DNA of 63,757 nt, counting the filler, from Lama guanicoe (taxonomy: Eukaryota): the NCBI GenBank assembly GCA_013239625.1. It is 188 parts of 188 records of this genome, joined end to end, with 100 filler letters (N's around TTAATTAATTAA, not from the genome) between each part and the next. Parts side by side here need not be neighbours in the genome. Positions count along the whole stretch, not along the records: positions 62,498 to 62,737 come from PNXV01046308.1; positions 62,838 to 63,077 come from PNXV01046309.1; positions 63,178 to 63,417 come from PNXV01046310.1; positions 63,518 to 63,757 come from PNXV01046311.1; 184 more parts are not named here. One strand, written 5' to 3'. Both the position numbers and the translations under genes were made by a program. Of this stretch, positions 62,398 through 63,757 are shown piece after piece. The notes below the pieces were generated by a model that searched no databases, was not told where the DNA came from, and saw only the letters and a program-made list of their open reading frames with translations. Each line of letters starts with the position of its first letter. Position 1 is the stretch's first letter.

Positions 62398-63757
62398 NNN
62401 NNNNNNNNNNNNNNNNNNNNNNNNNNNNNNNNNNNNNNNNNTTAATTAATTAANNNNNNNNNNNNNNNNNNNNNNNNNNNNNNNNNNNNNNNNNNNNGAA
62501 ACCCTATGCAGAAAAACAAAGAAGTGCTGGGCTGGAGTGGGGAGGTAGGTTTGCAGTTCTACAGAGTGTGTGCAGGGAAGGCCTCACCGATGGCTCACAG
62601 CTGGGCAGAGATCTGAAGAGAATGATGTAAGCGGATATCTGGGTGAGAAGTTCTTTTATATATTGGGAGCAGCAAGTGCAAAGGGTCTGAGGTGCAAAGT
62701 TTACTTGTTGTCTTCATGTAACACTAAGGAAGTGGGTNNNNNNNNNNNNNNNNNNNNNNNNNNNNNNNNNNNNNNNNNNNNTTAATTAATTAANNNNNNN
62801 NNNNNNNNNNNNNNNNNNNNNNNNNNNNNNNNNNNNNAAATCGGCGAATCAAAGTGCATTTATATGTTTTATGTTAAAAACAATGAAACATTTAAAACGT
62901 GTGTGTATCATATTTTATGATTTCCCCATTTTGAGCAACATTTTTGAAGAACCAACCACCAGTCCGAGTCACAAGAAAGAGCTCTTTTAGAACAATGGCT
63001 CTTCAAATGTTTCCAAGAACCAGTAACACAAGCCAGCACCTGGGAATTTAAAAACAATGCAAATTCTTAGCAACTCCNNNNNNNNNNNNNNNNNNNNNNN
63101 NNNNNNNNNNNNNNNNNNNNNTTAATTAATTAANNNNNNNNNNNNNNNNNNNNNNNNNNNNNNNNNNNNNNNNNNNNGGTTCTCAACTAGTGGGTCTCTG
63201 TGTCACCCACTCACTTGCTCCACTTACCCCCTTGCAGAAGTGACTGAGTGCGTAGCTCCACCCAGCCACTCCCCTTCTAGTATTACGCCTGGGACCCCTT
63301 TCATGGTGCACAGGAGATGTGAGCTCAGATGCTTATTTAGCTTTGTTTGCAATACCAACGCCTGGAGAAAAACAAAATGTCCATCTCTATGTCAGAGAAA
63401 GTGACTGAATCAGAGTTNNNNNNNNNNNNNNNNNNNNNNNNNNNNNNNNNNNNNNNNNNNNTTAATTAATTAANNNNNNNNNNNNNNNNNNNNNNNNNNN
63501 NNNNNNNNNNNNNNNNNGTAAGTGCTGGAAGGTCATGGCCCCCAGAGATGTCTCCTTATGTCAGACACAACATTGCTCCCCAGCATCTCAGTTGGAAGCT
63601 ACAAACAGTAATCTGGGCAAGTAACAAAACTACAATGCTATTTTTAAAATGAACTCTATAACACAACATTGTAAACCGATTATACATCAATTAAAAAACA
63701 AAAAGAATCCTGCAGTGTTGAGTACATACATACGTAAAAAAAGAACACCAACTAAAA

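Overview
This is not contiguous genomic DNA. It is an artificial concatenation of about 188 unrelated small contigs: nearly all 239 bp up to ~16.2 kb, then nearly all 240 bp, so apparently sorted by length. Each is joined by an identical 100-nt linker, N44-TTAATTAATTAA-N44, whose palindromic core puts stop codons in all six frames. The contigs are mammalian, most probably camelid (alpaca/llama/camel), inferred from a Vic-1-like tRNA-derived SINE and cetartiodactyl-type L1 3' ends. Most are intergenic or intronic DNA or repeat fragments (L1, MIR, MaLR/ERV LTRs, Tigger, MER20, a 7-bp-periodic satellite, microsatellites). Recognisable gene pieces are the 5' end of an OR2B11-like olfactory receptor, an OR4C-like pseudogene, two ANKRD26-like fragments, and TRAF3 non-coding exon 1 with an NF-kB site and a uORF. 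Two pairs of near-identical contigs have exactly 49 identical bases at both ends, which marks them as de Bruijn bubble arms. Neighbouring contigs are not biologically linked, so no multi-gene system can be inferred, and I found no credible undescribed biological system. Family and gene names come from recall of known sequences, not from database searches.
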